DNA of 64,000 nucleotides from Eledone cirrhosa (Eukaryota), in NCBI GenBank assembly GCA_964016885.1, contig OZ024741.1:59892001-59956000 (forward strand). Direction: 5' to 3'. A model generated the notes under the pieces. It was not told the origin of the DNA, did not search any database, and was given only the letters and a program-made list of their open reading frames with translations. Below are positions 42,310 through 54,897 of the stretch, in pieces. Made by a program: the position numbers and the translations under genes. The stretch's first letter is position 1. Every line of letters starts with the position of its first letter.

Positions 42310-45300
42310 CAGCATCACAGAAAACGACTACACAACAACCCAAAAGTTCACACCACCTCCACACATACAAATCACTCGCATCACACAGAAAACGTACACG
42401 ACACTAAAACAAAAATTCCCCAAAGACATCGGAGACTTCCGACAAACACTCTCCAGGAGGATTTATAAGGACATCCTTCCGGAGGAGACCACATGCAGTG
42501 AAAAGGATGGACAAACCATCCTTCCTCTACGAGAAGTAAGGTAAGTGGGCTTTCCCATCTTTTCCACTCCATTTCAACATGACCTCACTCAGAATAGGCA
42601 GCATAAATGCGCCTTGCTTGGGGTCGACATGGAAGCAGGGCCACCTGCTCAACGACCTCAGGTCACTAAACATAGATGTAGTGGCCATCAGCGAGATCAG
42701 AATATCCGAAGCACGGGCCTTCGCACCGATCTTCGGCAGCTACGATGTGTACGCATCTCCCAGCCGTCCGGGATCGGGGGGAGGAGTTACTGTGCTTTTT
42801 CGGAGAGGTTTGGATCTCGTCATACGGGCCATCTTCCTGGACCCAGAAGATAAGTTGGTGGTGCTGGACGTGACCAGCTGAGACGGGCAAGCTTTCAGGA
42901 TAGTGGCCGTTTATGCCCCGACAGGAGCAGGGCGGCCTGATTCTTCCGGCGTCTGGAGACCTTTCTTGGAACGTCCCGGGCATTAGTGTTAGTGGGCGAC
43001 TGGAACGGGATCTTAGATGCACGCTGGGACAGTGTGGTATTAGCGGATAGGGGAGGAGGGTGCAAGAGCCCCACCAACCTGCTCAGGCGTTTTGAACTGT
43101 CTGACAGGTACCGATTGGATTTCCCGAATGTGCCAATGTGGACTTGGACAAATCGCATAGGGTCATCCAGATCATATCTAGATAGAGTATTTTGTAGAGA
43201 AATAGATAGGTCTAACCTAGGCTGTTCACAATTCAAGATAGTCAGCTGCACGGGCCACAAATTCGTGATCTGTGTACTTGACTTAGATAGGCTTCATAGA
43301 CGAGGACCCGACTACTGGAAGCTAAACGCGTCCTTACCAGCGCGCAAGTACTACAGAGACCGGATTAGCGAACTAGTTAAGCAGCGTTGACGGGGGCCAT
43401 CGTCAACAACAAGTGGTGGTTTTCTCTGAAAAGAGCAATTAGAATAGAGTCCATTACGTTTAGTAAGGCTTTAGCAATAGAGAAAAATAGAGCAGATGGA
43501 GAATTTGTTAGAAAATTAGACGAGGCGCTTAGCAAAGGCATCAGGACCGACGTACTTGCGCGAAATTGGCCCTTGACCAATTCTTCAATGCAAAGCACGA
43601 AGGCTGCGTTGTCAGAGCTAAGGGGCGTGCTCTCAGACACGAGGGGACGAAAGCCGTTCAATGGGCCCCAGTGGCCGAGGCGCATCGTGGCAACAAAGCC
43701 ACGATCCGGTCTTTGGCCGACCACGACGGGCGCAAGCTACTCGATCCCGGGCAAATGTGTAAAGCTTTTCAGCGACACTTCGCTCGGTTGTTCGGGGGCA
43801 GCGGTGGGCCGGATCGGGGAATGGACTTTAGTGTCTATCTCGACGGACTGCCGCGGCTCTCGGCCACTGAGGCGGAGTGTTGCGAAAAGCCGATAACAGC
43901 CGCTGAAGAACGGGAGGCAATGACTAGCTGCACAAGCGGTAAATCGCCTGGTTTAGATGGTCTGACTTATGAACTCTACGTACAGATGCCAGACTTGTTC
44001 GGAGGCCTCTTGGCGGAAGTGTACTGCAACTGGCAACAGAACGGGAGAATTCCCAGCTCTGTGAGCCGAGGAGCTGTGGCGCTGCTGAGAAAGGATCCGA
44101 ACAAAGGGGATAACATAGAAAATTTTAGGCCCATAACTTTCCTAAACACAGAGTTCAAGATTTTGGCCAAGGTGCTAGCAAAGAGGTTGGCGCTTGTCGT
44201 TGGTGGTCTGGTGGGAGGGGCGCAGACATGTGGCATTCCCGACAGATCCATCCACGACAACCTCCACCTCATACGATTCATCGTAGAGAGGGTAGCTAGG
44301 GAACCTGGTACGGGTGGATCCTTGATCAATTTCGATCAGTTGTAAGCTTTCGATAGGGTCGACCATCGTTACCTAGTGGCAGTCCTGAGGGCGGCTGGCT
44401 TTGGGCCCGTCTTCAGAGGCTGGATCGCTGCCATGCACAGCGACATATGCTCTGTGGTGAGAGTGAACGATCACCTGTCGGAACCGTTCAACATCATGCG
44501 CTCGGTCCGCCAAGGATGTCCCCTCTCGTCCCTCTTGTACGTATTGACTCTCGAGCCATTACTGCACAAACTGGAGACATTGAGGGGAGTCCCGCGCGAA
44601 CTAGGATGCGGAAGATCCGTGTCAGCATATGCCGACGATGTCACCGTAGTGTTGTCGAACGCCACACACATCGTGGCGATCGGCACTACACTAAGAGAAT
44701 ACGAAGCGGTGACAAGAGAAATGATCAACCAGGAAAAGTCAGTGGGCCTGCAGCTCGGCACCTCGAGAGGCAGGTCCATGCCGTCCAACAGCGTCGTCGG
44801 GCGCTGGACGGACGGACCGGGTAAAATGCTAGGGGTCTGGTTCGGTCCGGACCTCCAGACGGACAAAACCTGGGACGAGGTGACGAGCAGGGTGGCTTCT
44901 CTCACCCAGAAATGGGCCGAGAGGAAGCTATCCCTGAAAGGTCGAGCGGAGGTGGCTAACGCGTACATCGCGTCCGTCATCTACTACCGCTTGACCGTCG
45001 TACCTTGTCCTAAGCCCCGCCTGCTCTTTCGCTTTATGTGGAAGGGACGCGCTCCGATGGTCAGGCGGTCCATCTGCTGTCAACACCCGCTACGTGGAGG
45101 GCTGGGAATGCCGTGGCTGATGATGCGCAGACACGCGCTAAGGCTACGACATCTCCACCTCTTCCTCGACGGTGATCAGGTGTGGTCTCCGTTTGCTAGA
45201 CCCGTCTTTCCCCAGCTCGTCTCCTTGACGGAGCTGCAGTCCTGGGTCAAGCGAAGACCGAGAGAGAGCGCTTGGAGACTGGAATGTCTTCAGGCGCTCA

Positions 45301-46217
45301 CAGCCCTCGACCAATCGGGCAATGTGATCGGTGGAAACTCCAACTTGGCGTTCTATAGAGGATTATTGGAGGAGAAGAGCGACGACGTACTTGGGGAAAA
45401 TTTAGGCGTCGACGAAAATCAACTAGCCAATCTCTTCGGAAGAACTTTCGGGCCGGGCCCTATGGACAACTTCCAGAAATCCCTGGCCTGGCAGTGCTAC
45501 CGAGGAGCTTTGCCAGTTCGGGATAAACTCTACAGGCATGGAGGTGCCGTCAGCCGGGCATGTTCGAGATGCGCACAGGGCGACGAAACCGTCCTGCACG
45601 CACTCGGCCAGTGTCCGAGCATTGCTGATTGTGGGTTTGTGTCGAACACCTGCTGTCGCGTGTGGGACGGATCCAACTATCAGATGAATCCTTCGTGAGG
45701 ATTGCCCCGCCCTCTTCCTTTAGCCGGGAAGGGCAGGCAATTTTTATCTGTCTGGTGGCCATAGCGAAAGAGATAGTATGGTGGACACGTTTGAAAGGGC
45801 TGAAGACGAGCACTTACCTCTTCGGTGATGCCCTGATTAACTTTTTCAAATTTCATTTGAAAGGAAAAATCTGGGTAGAAAGGGAAGTGCTCTCTTCCCA
45901 CCATTTTGTTGAAAGATGGGTGAGAGAGGCAAGAATGGCCCGAGTGGATGGGCCTACTCTGAGTATGTGTCTGTAAATTAAAGGTGGAAAACTGGGAGAG
46001 GGTACTTGCCCTGGTGGTCAGGGTCACTGTGGCTTTTTAATGGGCTTTCTCCACCAATGTCCCTCGGAAGTCTCCCTCTATTGGGGAATTTTTCTTTGTT
46101 ATTTTATTACATCCTCTGTTTTTTTACACGCAGAAATGCCCATTTGTACCGTCCTGTTTTGTCATGTACTGTCCTTAATGTCTACTTTATGTAAACCCTT
46201 GTGGTTAATAAAGAAAA

Positions 46218-46219
<2 letters not shown>
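42310..46219 (+). mobile_element. L1/Tx1-clade LINE copy D, 5'-truncated within ORF1, ORF2 disrupted
   Basis: Collinear with and highly similar to 48221-52152; YADD present; (TTA)n tail 46220-46255. Confidence 0.93.
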
Positions 46220-46255
<36 letters not shown>

Positions 46256-46463
46256 GCGACCTACGTAGGAAATCGTATTATCGTGAGCTCCGCAAAGGTT
46301 TGTTATTTCCGTTTGTTTAAAAATTGCCATTTATGGAAAATTTTATTGTAAACTGTTTATAAGCACACATACATTGTTTTCCGAAAAGGACACCCAAAAA
46401 GATTGGGGCCTTGTGCCCAAAATTTTAACTTTTATTATTATCCAAAAATTTCTTTGAAGAAAA

Positions 46464-48455
46464 ATGGCTAATTCCCCTCTGCACGAAGCAGCTGAAAGCC
46501 TTCCTCACAAAATAACACCTCACACCGACACCACCATTGTAAATGTTACTACGTTTGCCAACACAAAAAAAAAATATAAGCAGTAGCAATATTTTAAATT
46601 TGTCTCAGGCAGACATTCATTTCCCGCCATTACCAATGACTGCAGGTGTTAAACCCTCCACCACCACCAGCACCGCGACAACCACCACCACCACCACCAC
46701 CGCGACAACAGAAACAAAAGAAGAAAAAAATAAATTAACTCGTGACGTCGAAATGAAATCAAGCAAAATGGACTCTTCCCCACCAAAGACGACTGACGTC
46801 ACCACCACCACAACTGAAAATAAAATTAATATTAACGATAGCAACAACAACAACAATGACATTATAAAACCGACCCTCAGTTTCGCCATCGTAGCAAAAC
46901 AATTCGAAGCGTTCACGGTAACTCAAGAAGATTTAGAAAATGCCAAACAAATGGTAAAGAAAGTTGGGTACAGGGTCAGCCCCCCCCCCCCCCCCCACAC
47001 CTAATAAAATGGAGCATCGGCGCCTGTGCACCGTGTCGTATAGAACAATAAATGTAAAATCGCGCCGAGTGGAACGGGCATCCGAGTCCCAAATCCCAAA
47101 AGCTTTGGGACATGTGTGGGCAAGAAAAACCCACATCAGACGTGGGCAAAAGAATGGAACCGTGGATGTGTTCTTTGAAACACCAGAGGAGGCTAGAGAA
47201 CACTCCATGGCCCCATTAAAAAGTGACGACCTCACACTCGTCCCAAGCTATTGTGGCCAGAGACTCGTAAAGATCAGGGTGACCCACGTTCCACCGGCCA
47301 TCGAAATTCCCTGGCTAATAGCGGCTGTCCTCGCCGGCATCGAAGCCAACACGAAAATCATAGCAGTAGCAAAAGAAAAGCAGGAAAACTGGTCCGGATC
47401 TGGGATGGAGCTCCTGATCCAAGCGGACCAAAAAAGCATTGAGGAGATCCCAGAGGTAATAGACCTCACTGACGGCAGCCACCTCACGGTAATTGTCGAG
47501 GGCAGAAGACCTAGGTGTGTCGTTTGTGGTGAAGGAACCCACCTAAGGGCTTTCTGCCCTCAGGCTAAAAGGTTGAGGCCACCTCTCCTACACACCCCAG
47601 TGACACAACCATCAACACCACCAGTAGCAGAGATGGCAGCAACAACTGTAGCAGCAACAACAGAAGCAACTATAACAGCAACAACCCCAGCAACAGTAGC
47701 AAAACCAACACCACTACCACCACCAGCAAAACCAACACCACCACCACCCAACGCTTCAGAACTAGCACCAGCGCCTACACCATCCACCACACCACAACCA
47801 AAACTAACGGCTGTGGAGGATTTTCCACTCCCCGGCCTATCACAACTGGAGACAGATTGTGACGACGAGGAGTGGGAAACGATATCCGGAAAAAAAAAAG
47901 AAACCAAAAAAGAAAAAATTCTCTTCCTTCCCCCTCCAAAAACAAAATACAGAGGGAAACAAATAAACTAAGAAACAAAAAAGTTAGGACAGATATGCCA
48001 CCATCCACACCAGCATCACCAACCCCATCAACTCAAACACCAACACCATCACCATCATTATCCCCAGCACCACCATCACCTACACCACAAAAGTCACCAA
48101 AATGCGAAACAGAAACAAACTCACAACAAACGCAAACAAAACAAAACAACCAAAACGATACACACTACACAGCATTAAATTTGAACAACAAGCAATTATT
48201 ACACTACATCCAACACAACACCAGCATCACAGAAAAAGACTACACAACAACCCCAAAATTCACACCACCTCCACACATACAAATCACTCGCATCACACAG
48301 TAACGTACATGACACTAAAACAAAAATTCCCCAAAGACATCGGAGACTTCCGACAAGCACTCTCCAGGAGGATTTATAAGGACATCCTTCCTGAGGAGGC
48401 CACAAGCAGTGAAAAGGATGGAAAAGCCGTCCTTCCCCTACGAGAAGTAAGGTAA
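46464..48455 (+). pseudogene. Tx1 ORF1 (zinc knuckle, Thr/Pro-rich), broken at homopolymers and by a stop at 48301
   Basis: VEGRRPRCVVCGEGTHLRAFC; pieces 46543-47004, 46964-47971, 47872-48303, then to 48455. Confidence 0.85.
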
Positions 48456-48489
48456 GTGGTCTTTCCCATCTTTTCCACTCCTTTTCAAC

Positions 48490-51400
48490 ATGACTTCACT
48501 CAGAATAGGCAGCATAAATGCGCGTGGCTTGGGGTCGTCATGGAAGCAGGGCCACCTGCTCAACGACCTCAGGTCACTAAACATAGATGTAGTGGCCATC
48601 AGCGAGACCAGAATCTCCGAAGCACAGGCTTTCGCACCGAACTTCGGCGGCTACGATGTGTACGCATCTCCCAGCCGTCCGGGTTCGGGGGGAGGAGTTG
48701 CTGTGCTTTTTCGGAGAGATTTGGATCTTGCCATACGGGCCATCTTCCTGGACCCAGAAGGTAAGTTGGTGGTGCTGGACGTGACCAGCGGAGACGGGCA
48801 AGCTTTCAGGTTAGTGGCCGTCTATGCCCCGACAGGAGCAGGGCGGCCTGATTTCTTCCGGCGTCTGGAGACCTTTCTTGGAACGTCCCGCTCTTTAGTG
48901 TTAGTGGGCGACTGGAACGGGATCTTAGATGCACGCTGGGATTGTGTGGGATTAGTGGATAGGGAAGGAGGGTGCAAGAGTCTCACCAACCTGCTCAGAC
49001 GTTTTGAACTGTCTGACAGATACCGAATGGATTTCCCGAATGTACCAATGTGGACTTGGACAAATCGCATAGGGTCATCCAGATCATATCTAGATAGAGT
49101 ATTTTGTAGGGAAATAGATAGGTCTAGCATAGGCTGTCCACAATTCAAGATAGTCAGCTACACGGACCACAAATTCGTGATCTGTGTGCTTGACTTAGAT
49201 AGACTTCATAGACGAGGACCCGGCTACTGGAAGTTAAACGCGTCCTTACCAGCGCGCAAGGCCTACAGAGACCGGATTAGCGAACTAGTTAAGCGGGCGT
49301 TGACGGGGGCCATCGTCAACAACAAGTGGTGGTTTGCTCTGAAAAGAGCAATTAGAATAGAGTCCATTAGGATTAGTAAGACTTTAGCAATAGAGAAAAA
49401 TAGAGCAGAGGGAGAATTAGTTAGAAAATTAGATGAGGCGCTTCGCAAAGGCATCGCGACCGACGTACTTGCGGCGAAATTGGCCCTTGACCAATTCTTC
49501 AATGCAAAGCACGAAGGCTACGTTGTCAGAGCTAGGGTGCGTGCTCTCAGACACGAGGGGACGAAAGCCGTTCAATGGGCCCGAGTGGCGGAGGCGCGTC
49601 GTGGCAACAAAGCCACGATCCGGTCTTTGGTGGACCACGACGGGCGCATGCTACTCGATCCCGGGCAAATGTGTGAAGCTTTTCAGCGACACTTCGCTCA
49701 ACTGTTCGGGGGCAGTGGCGGGCCGGATCGAGGGATGGACTTTAGTGTCTACCTCGACGGACTGCCGCGGCTTTCGGCCACTGAGGCGGAGTGTTGCGAA
49801 AAGCCGATAACAACCGCTGAAGTATGGGATGCAATGACTAGTTGCACAAGGGGTAAATCGCCTGGTTTGGATGGTCTGCCCTATGAACTTTACGTTCAAA
49901 TGCCAAACTTGTTCGGAGGCCTCTTGGCGTACGTCTACTGCAACTGGCAACAGAACGGGAGAATTCCCAGCTCTGTCAGCCGAGGAGCGGTGGCGCTGCT
50001 GAGAAAGGATCCGAACAAGGGGGATAACATAGATAATTTTAGGCCCATAACTCTGCTAAACACAGAGTTCAAGATTTTGGCCAAGGTGCTAGCAAAGAGG
50101 TTGGCGCTTGTCGTTGGTGGTCTGGTGGGAGAGGCACAGACATGCGCCATTCCCGACAGATCCATCCACGACAACCTCCACCTCATGCGATACATCGTAG
50201 AGAGGGTAGCTAGGGAACCTGGCACGGGTGGGTCTTTGATCAATTTAGATCAGTCGAAAGCCTTCGATAGGGTCGACTATCGTTACCTAACGGCAGTCCT
50301 GAGGGCGGCTGGCTTTGGGCCCGTCTTCAGAGGCTGGATCGCTGTCATGCATAGCGACATCTGCTCTGTAGTGAGAGTGAACGGTCACCTTTCGGAACCG
50401 TTCAACATCATGCGCTCGGTCCGCCAAGGATGTCCCCTCTCGTCCCTATTGTACGTATTGACTCTCGAGCCATTACTGCACAAACTGGAGACTTTGAGGG
50501 GGGTCCCGCGCGAACTAGGATGCGGAAGATCCGTGTCAGCATATGCCGACGATGTCACCGTAGTGGTGTCGAACGCCAAACACATCGAGGCGATCGGCAC
50601 TACACTAAGAGAATACGAAGCGGTGACAGGAGCAATGATCGACCAGGAAAAGTCAGTGGGCCTGCAGCTCGGCTCCTGGAGAGGCAGGTCCATGCCGTCC
50701 AACAGCGTCGTCGGGCGCTGGACGGACGGACCGGTTAAATTGCTAGGGGTCTGGTTCGGTCCAGACCTCCAGACGGACAAAAACTGGGACGAGGTGACGA
50801 GCAGGGTGGCTTCTCTCACCCAGAAATGGGCCGAGAGGAAGCTATCCCTGAAAGGTCGAGCGGAGGTGGCGAATGCGTACATCGCATCCGTCATCTACTA
50901 CCGCCTGACCGTCGTACCTTGTCCTAAGCCCCGCCTGACTGCGCTGGAGCGTTTGCTCTTTCGCTTCTTGTGGAAGGGACGCGCTCCGGTGGTCAGGCGG
51001 TCCATCTGCTGTCAACACCCGCTACGTGGAGGGCTGGGCATGCCGTGGCTGATGATGCGCAGACACGCGCTCAGGCTACGACATCTCCACCTCTTCCTCG
51101 ACGGTGATCAGGTGTGGTCGCCGTTTGCAAGACACGTTTTTCCCCAGCTCGTCTCCTTGACGGAGCTGCAGTCCTGGGTCAAGCGAAGACCGAGAGGGAG
51201 CGCTTGGAGACTGGAATGTCTTCAGGCGCTCACAGCCCTCGACCAATCGGGCAATGTGATCGGTAGAAACTCCACCTTGGCGTTCTATAGGGGATTAGTG
51301 GAGGGGAAGAGCGACGACGTACTTGGAGAAACTCTAGGCGTCGACGAAAATCAACTAGCCAATCTCTTCGGAAGGACTTTCGGGCCGGGGCCTATGGACA

Positions 51401-51909
51401 ACTTCCAGAAATCCCTGGCCTGGCAGTGCTACCGATGAGCTTTACCAGTTCGGGATAAACTCTACTGGCATGGAGGTGCCGTCAGTCGGGCATGTCCGAG
51501 ATGCGCGCAGGGCGACGAAACCGTCCTGCACGCACTCGTCCAGTGTCCGAGCATTGCTGACTTGTGGGTTTATGTCGAACACCTGCTGTCACGTGTAGGA
51601 CGGATCCAGCTATCAGCTGAGTCCATCGTGAGGATTGCCCCGCCCCCTTCCTTTAGCCTGGAAGGGCAGGCAGTTTTTATCTGTCTGGTGGCCATGGCGA
51701 AAGAGATAGTATGGTGGACACGTTTGAAAGGGCTGAAGACGAGCACTTACCTCTTCGGTGATGCCCTGATTAACTTTTTCAAATTTCATTTGAAAAGGAA
51801 AATCAGGGTAGAGAGGGAAGTGCTCTCTTCCCAGCATTTTGTTGAAAGATGGGTGAGAGAAGCAAGTATGGCCCGAATGAATGGGCCTTCTCTGAGTATG
51901 TGTCTGTAA
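48490..51909 (+). pseudogene. Tx1 ORF2 (APE, RT, CCHC; 1139 codons) with one premature TGA at 51436-51438
   Basis: 982-aa ORF continues in frame after the TGA through CPRC..ETVLHALVQC to the stop at 51909; copy D has GGA at that codon. Confidence 0.93.
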
Positions 51910-52151
51910 ATTAAAGGTGGAAAACTGGGAGAGGGCACTTGCCCTGGTGGTCAGGGCCACTGTGGTCTTTTAATGGGCTTTCTCCACAAATGTCCATTGG
52001 AAGTCTCCCCCCTATTGGGGAATTTTTCTTTGTTATTTTATTTCAACCTCTGTTTTTTTACACGCAGAAATGCCCATTTGTACCGTCCTGTATTGTCCTG
52101 TACTGTCCTTAATGTCTACTTTATGTGAACCCTTGTGGTTAATAAAGAAAA

Positions 52152-52200
<49 letters not shown>

Positions 52201-52870
52201 GTCACGTTTGTATATTAGTTTGAATGTTGTAATTTGGTATAGGTTAAGATAGAAACTTTGATGTTGATCATATTACAAAGTTAGACATATATAATGCTTA
52301 TTCTCCAATTGATTTATTTTCTCGTAATTTACAATATATCCATATCAACGTGTGTACATTTGCTTTTATATTCATTATGTATACTTTCCGTTTGAATATA
52401 TATTTGTCTGCTTGAATAAAAACAAAAAAATATGAACTGATGGCATACTATCAAACTATAAATGAGTTTTTATGATGAGTGGAAAATAAAAGAGCCTAAA
52501 GTTTTTCCAAAATTATCATCGTAACTAATGTAAATATAGCAGCCAATCCATACACTGAAACGAAAGATAGATATTTGATACATAATTTACAAGCTTTGTA
52601 CATGAAGTTATATTAATGTCTTTTAACATCTGATGTGCCTAATTTCGTAGGGAAATTCATATATTGTATGCATGAAAGACAACAAAACAATAAAATTACA
52701 ATGAAATGGTTGAAAAGGCCCGATTAGAAATTAGTAATTTCAAATGTTAGCTATACGACAAAATATGTTGAGAATTCCGTGATAGCACTTTGATCCATTA
52801 ATCACTACCTGCGTGGTATTATATTAAAGATGCATGAATTAGTCTGCGTTGTATATTTTCATCGTGTAGC

Positions 52871-53053
52871 TGTATGTTTGAATGTATGTATGTATCTATG
52901 TATGTTTGAATGTATGTATGTATGTATGTATCTATGTATGTATCTATGTATGTTTGAATGTATGTATGTATATATGTATCTATGTATGTATCTATGTATG
53001 TTTCAATGTAGGTATGTATGTATCTATGTATGTTTGAATGTATGTATGTATGT
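52871..53053. repeat. (TATG)n-based minisatellite with periodic TTTGAA
   Basis: Directly visible. Confidence 0.85.
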
Positions 53054-54293
53054 AAAAAGTGACCAATGGTAACAGCACGAACCTTCCAATGAAAGCTTGT
53101 CACACTATTATGCAGTCCACCTGGCGTCCTCACAAAGTTTCTGTCAGCCCAACTTCATTCACAAATCTTTTGTGGAGCAGAGGTTAGGGAAAATTATATT
53201 TATCCAAGATGTCACACATTAGGCTCGAGCTCATGGTTTTCTATTTTTCCTATATTTTAGTTTCAATAATTCAATCGTCCGGGATTCAGAGAAAAGGTAT
53301 CATGCACACACTCATACCAACCCTTTCCATAAGGATTTGCTACAGCATGACATGAGTCGACCAGGGGCTATGATAAATCACACATGCCCTACATTCCACG
53401 CTGTGGGATCGAACTTCTTAAACTTTCGGCCAAACAATGTTCACATAAATACTTAAATAATATAGTACCTCACTCTCACTAAAAAAAATAATACGGTTCA
53501 TTTCATTTGATGAATTTACGTATTTCTTTGATCTCCTTACATTAGATATAGCCTTAATATGGAGACAGACAAATCTAGCAGACAAAAGAGGTTTACATCT
53601 GACTGAAATATATTCTACCAAACGCTGGGTGTCCATTAGTTCTCTTATCTTCATTACTATTAACAAAAATATTTCTCTTTGTTGCCACTATTTATCTATC
53701 CTTCCATCGAATCACCATCCACTGTAAGGTCAACGTTTTCACCCATAGTATTCAAGTATTTGCTTTGATATAACCCTAAAGCGACTTTCTGCTTCCAGAT
53801 TTCTGCAATAGAACGAATTATAATGCATTTTCAGAGAGGCTAATGGATTTTCTCAATGGTTTCTATCACTGCTATCATAATTGATGATTAACTATTCCAT
53901 TATCTTTACCAATTTTAACAATGTTTTGTCTTCTATTTTGCCATTTGTGACTACATAGAAATGCCAGCAATTATCGTTAGAGTTTTGCTATATCATTAGA
54001 TATGTAAACAAGGGATATTGATTGCAGCTTTTTACAGATATATCGCTTGGAATGATAACATCAGCTTAGTAATACTTATCAATAAGCGGCTGTGTGTACA
54101 ATGTGTATTTATTGTTACTTAGAATAAAAATGTAACACGTTTCATGAAGAGAAATTCGTAGAAAACGTATTTTCCAATTTCGGATTTGACCATACTTAAA
54201 AAGGATCGAAATGTATATTTGTTTATTAACCAGAATGAAACAGTTTTCAAACTAATTTTACTCCTACTAATGTTCAAAGACTGTAAATAGACT

Positions 54294-54470
54294 GAAGGCG
54301 GTAAATTAGTAGAGCCGTTAGAACGTTAGAACGTTGGATAGAATGCGTTATGGTGTTTGTTCCAACTCTCTGTTCGCTGAGTTTCAAATACTGCCAAGGT
54401 CAACTTTTCTTTTGATCCTCTTGAGATCGATAAGCAAAATATCAGTCTAGTACTATGATCGATTTCATCT
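54294..54470 (+). mobile_element. Diverged tRNA-derived SINE
   Basis: AAGGCGGT.. start, GAGTTTCAAATAC, GCCAAGGTCAACTTT..GATCCT..TCGATAA core. Confidence 0.75.
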
Positions 54471-54684
54471 TTGTCTCTCTTTCTTGGAGAAGGAATTGGC
54501 TCTGTTCAGACGAGGGATGTTTAAAATCCCTAATGCACGCTGTATATCACGACGGCTCCCTTACGACTCCATTAGCAATTACGACTACGTATCATACAAT
54601 GTTTTTATAAAACGTTACAGTTCTATACAGCAGTCGCCTTGCTTTGTACACTTTCGTTTTCCTATATTTCAACGTCAATCACTA

Positions 54685-54897
54685 TTATATATTTTTACAG
54701 TTAGTCGAATCAATAGTGTGTATAACATCACCCGAATCATCAGCGACTACAATGTTTAAAGTTAAATAATTTGTTTTAACATATTCCCCACATGATTTCC
54801 AGCAACAATGCCGATAGATGGCATTAACTCTCCTTTTGTTCATGTAATAGCTATACCCAACGTAAACTAAAGTTGTTGCACGTTTGCCATAATTCAA
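54685..54897 (-). pseudogene. Possible FLYWCH-like zinc-finger remnant (Mutator-type transposase N-terminus)
   Basis: GKRATTLVYVGYSYYMNKRRVNAIYRHCCWKSCGEYVKT resembles L..GY.Y..W.C..C...T; the conserved W is missing. Confidence 0.45.

Larger units (their letters stand above)
46256..52152 (+). mobile_element. L1/Tx1-clade LINE copy E, full length (about 5.9 kb), flanked by (TTA)n
   Basis: 5' UTR, ORF1, ORF2, 3' UTR with AATAAA, (TTA)n at 52153-52200. Confidence 0.95.

Noticed and set aside
46560-47900. ORF1 frameshifts as programmed frameshifting
   Set aside because: They fall in long A or C homopolymers, consistent with slippage or sequencing error
51436-51438. In-frame TGA in Tx1 ORF2 as readthrough or selenocysteine
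   Set aside because: Copies D and B1 have GGA (Gly) here; a single nonsense substitution explains it
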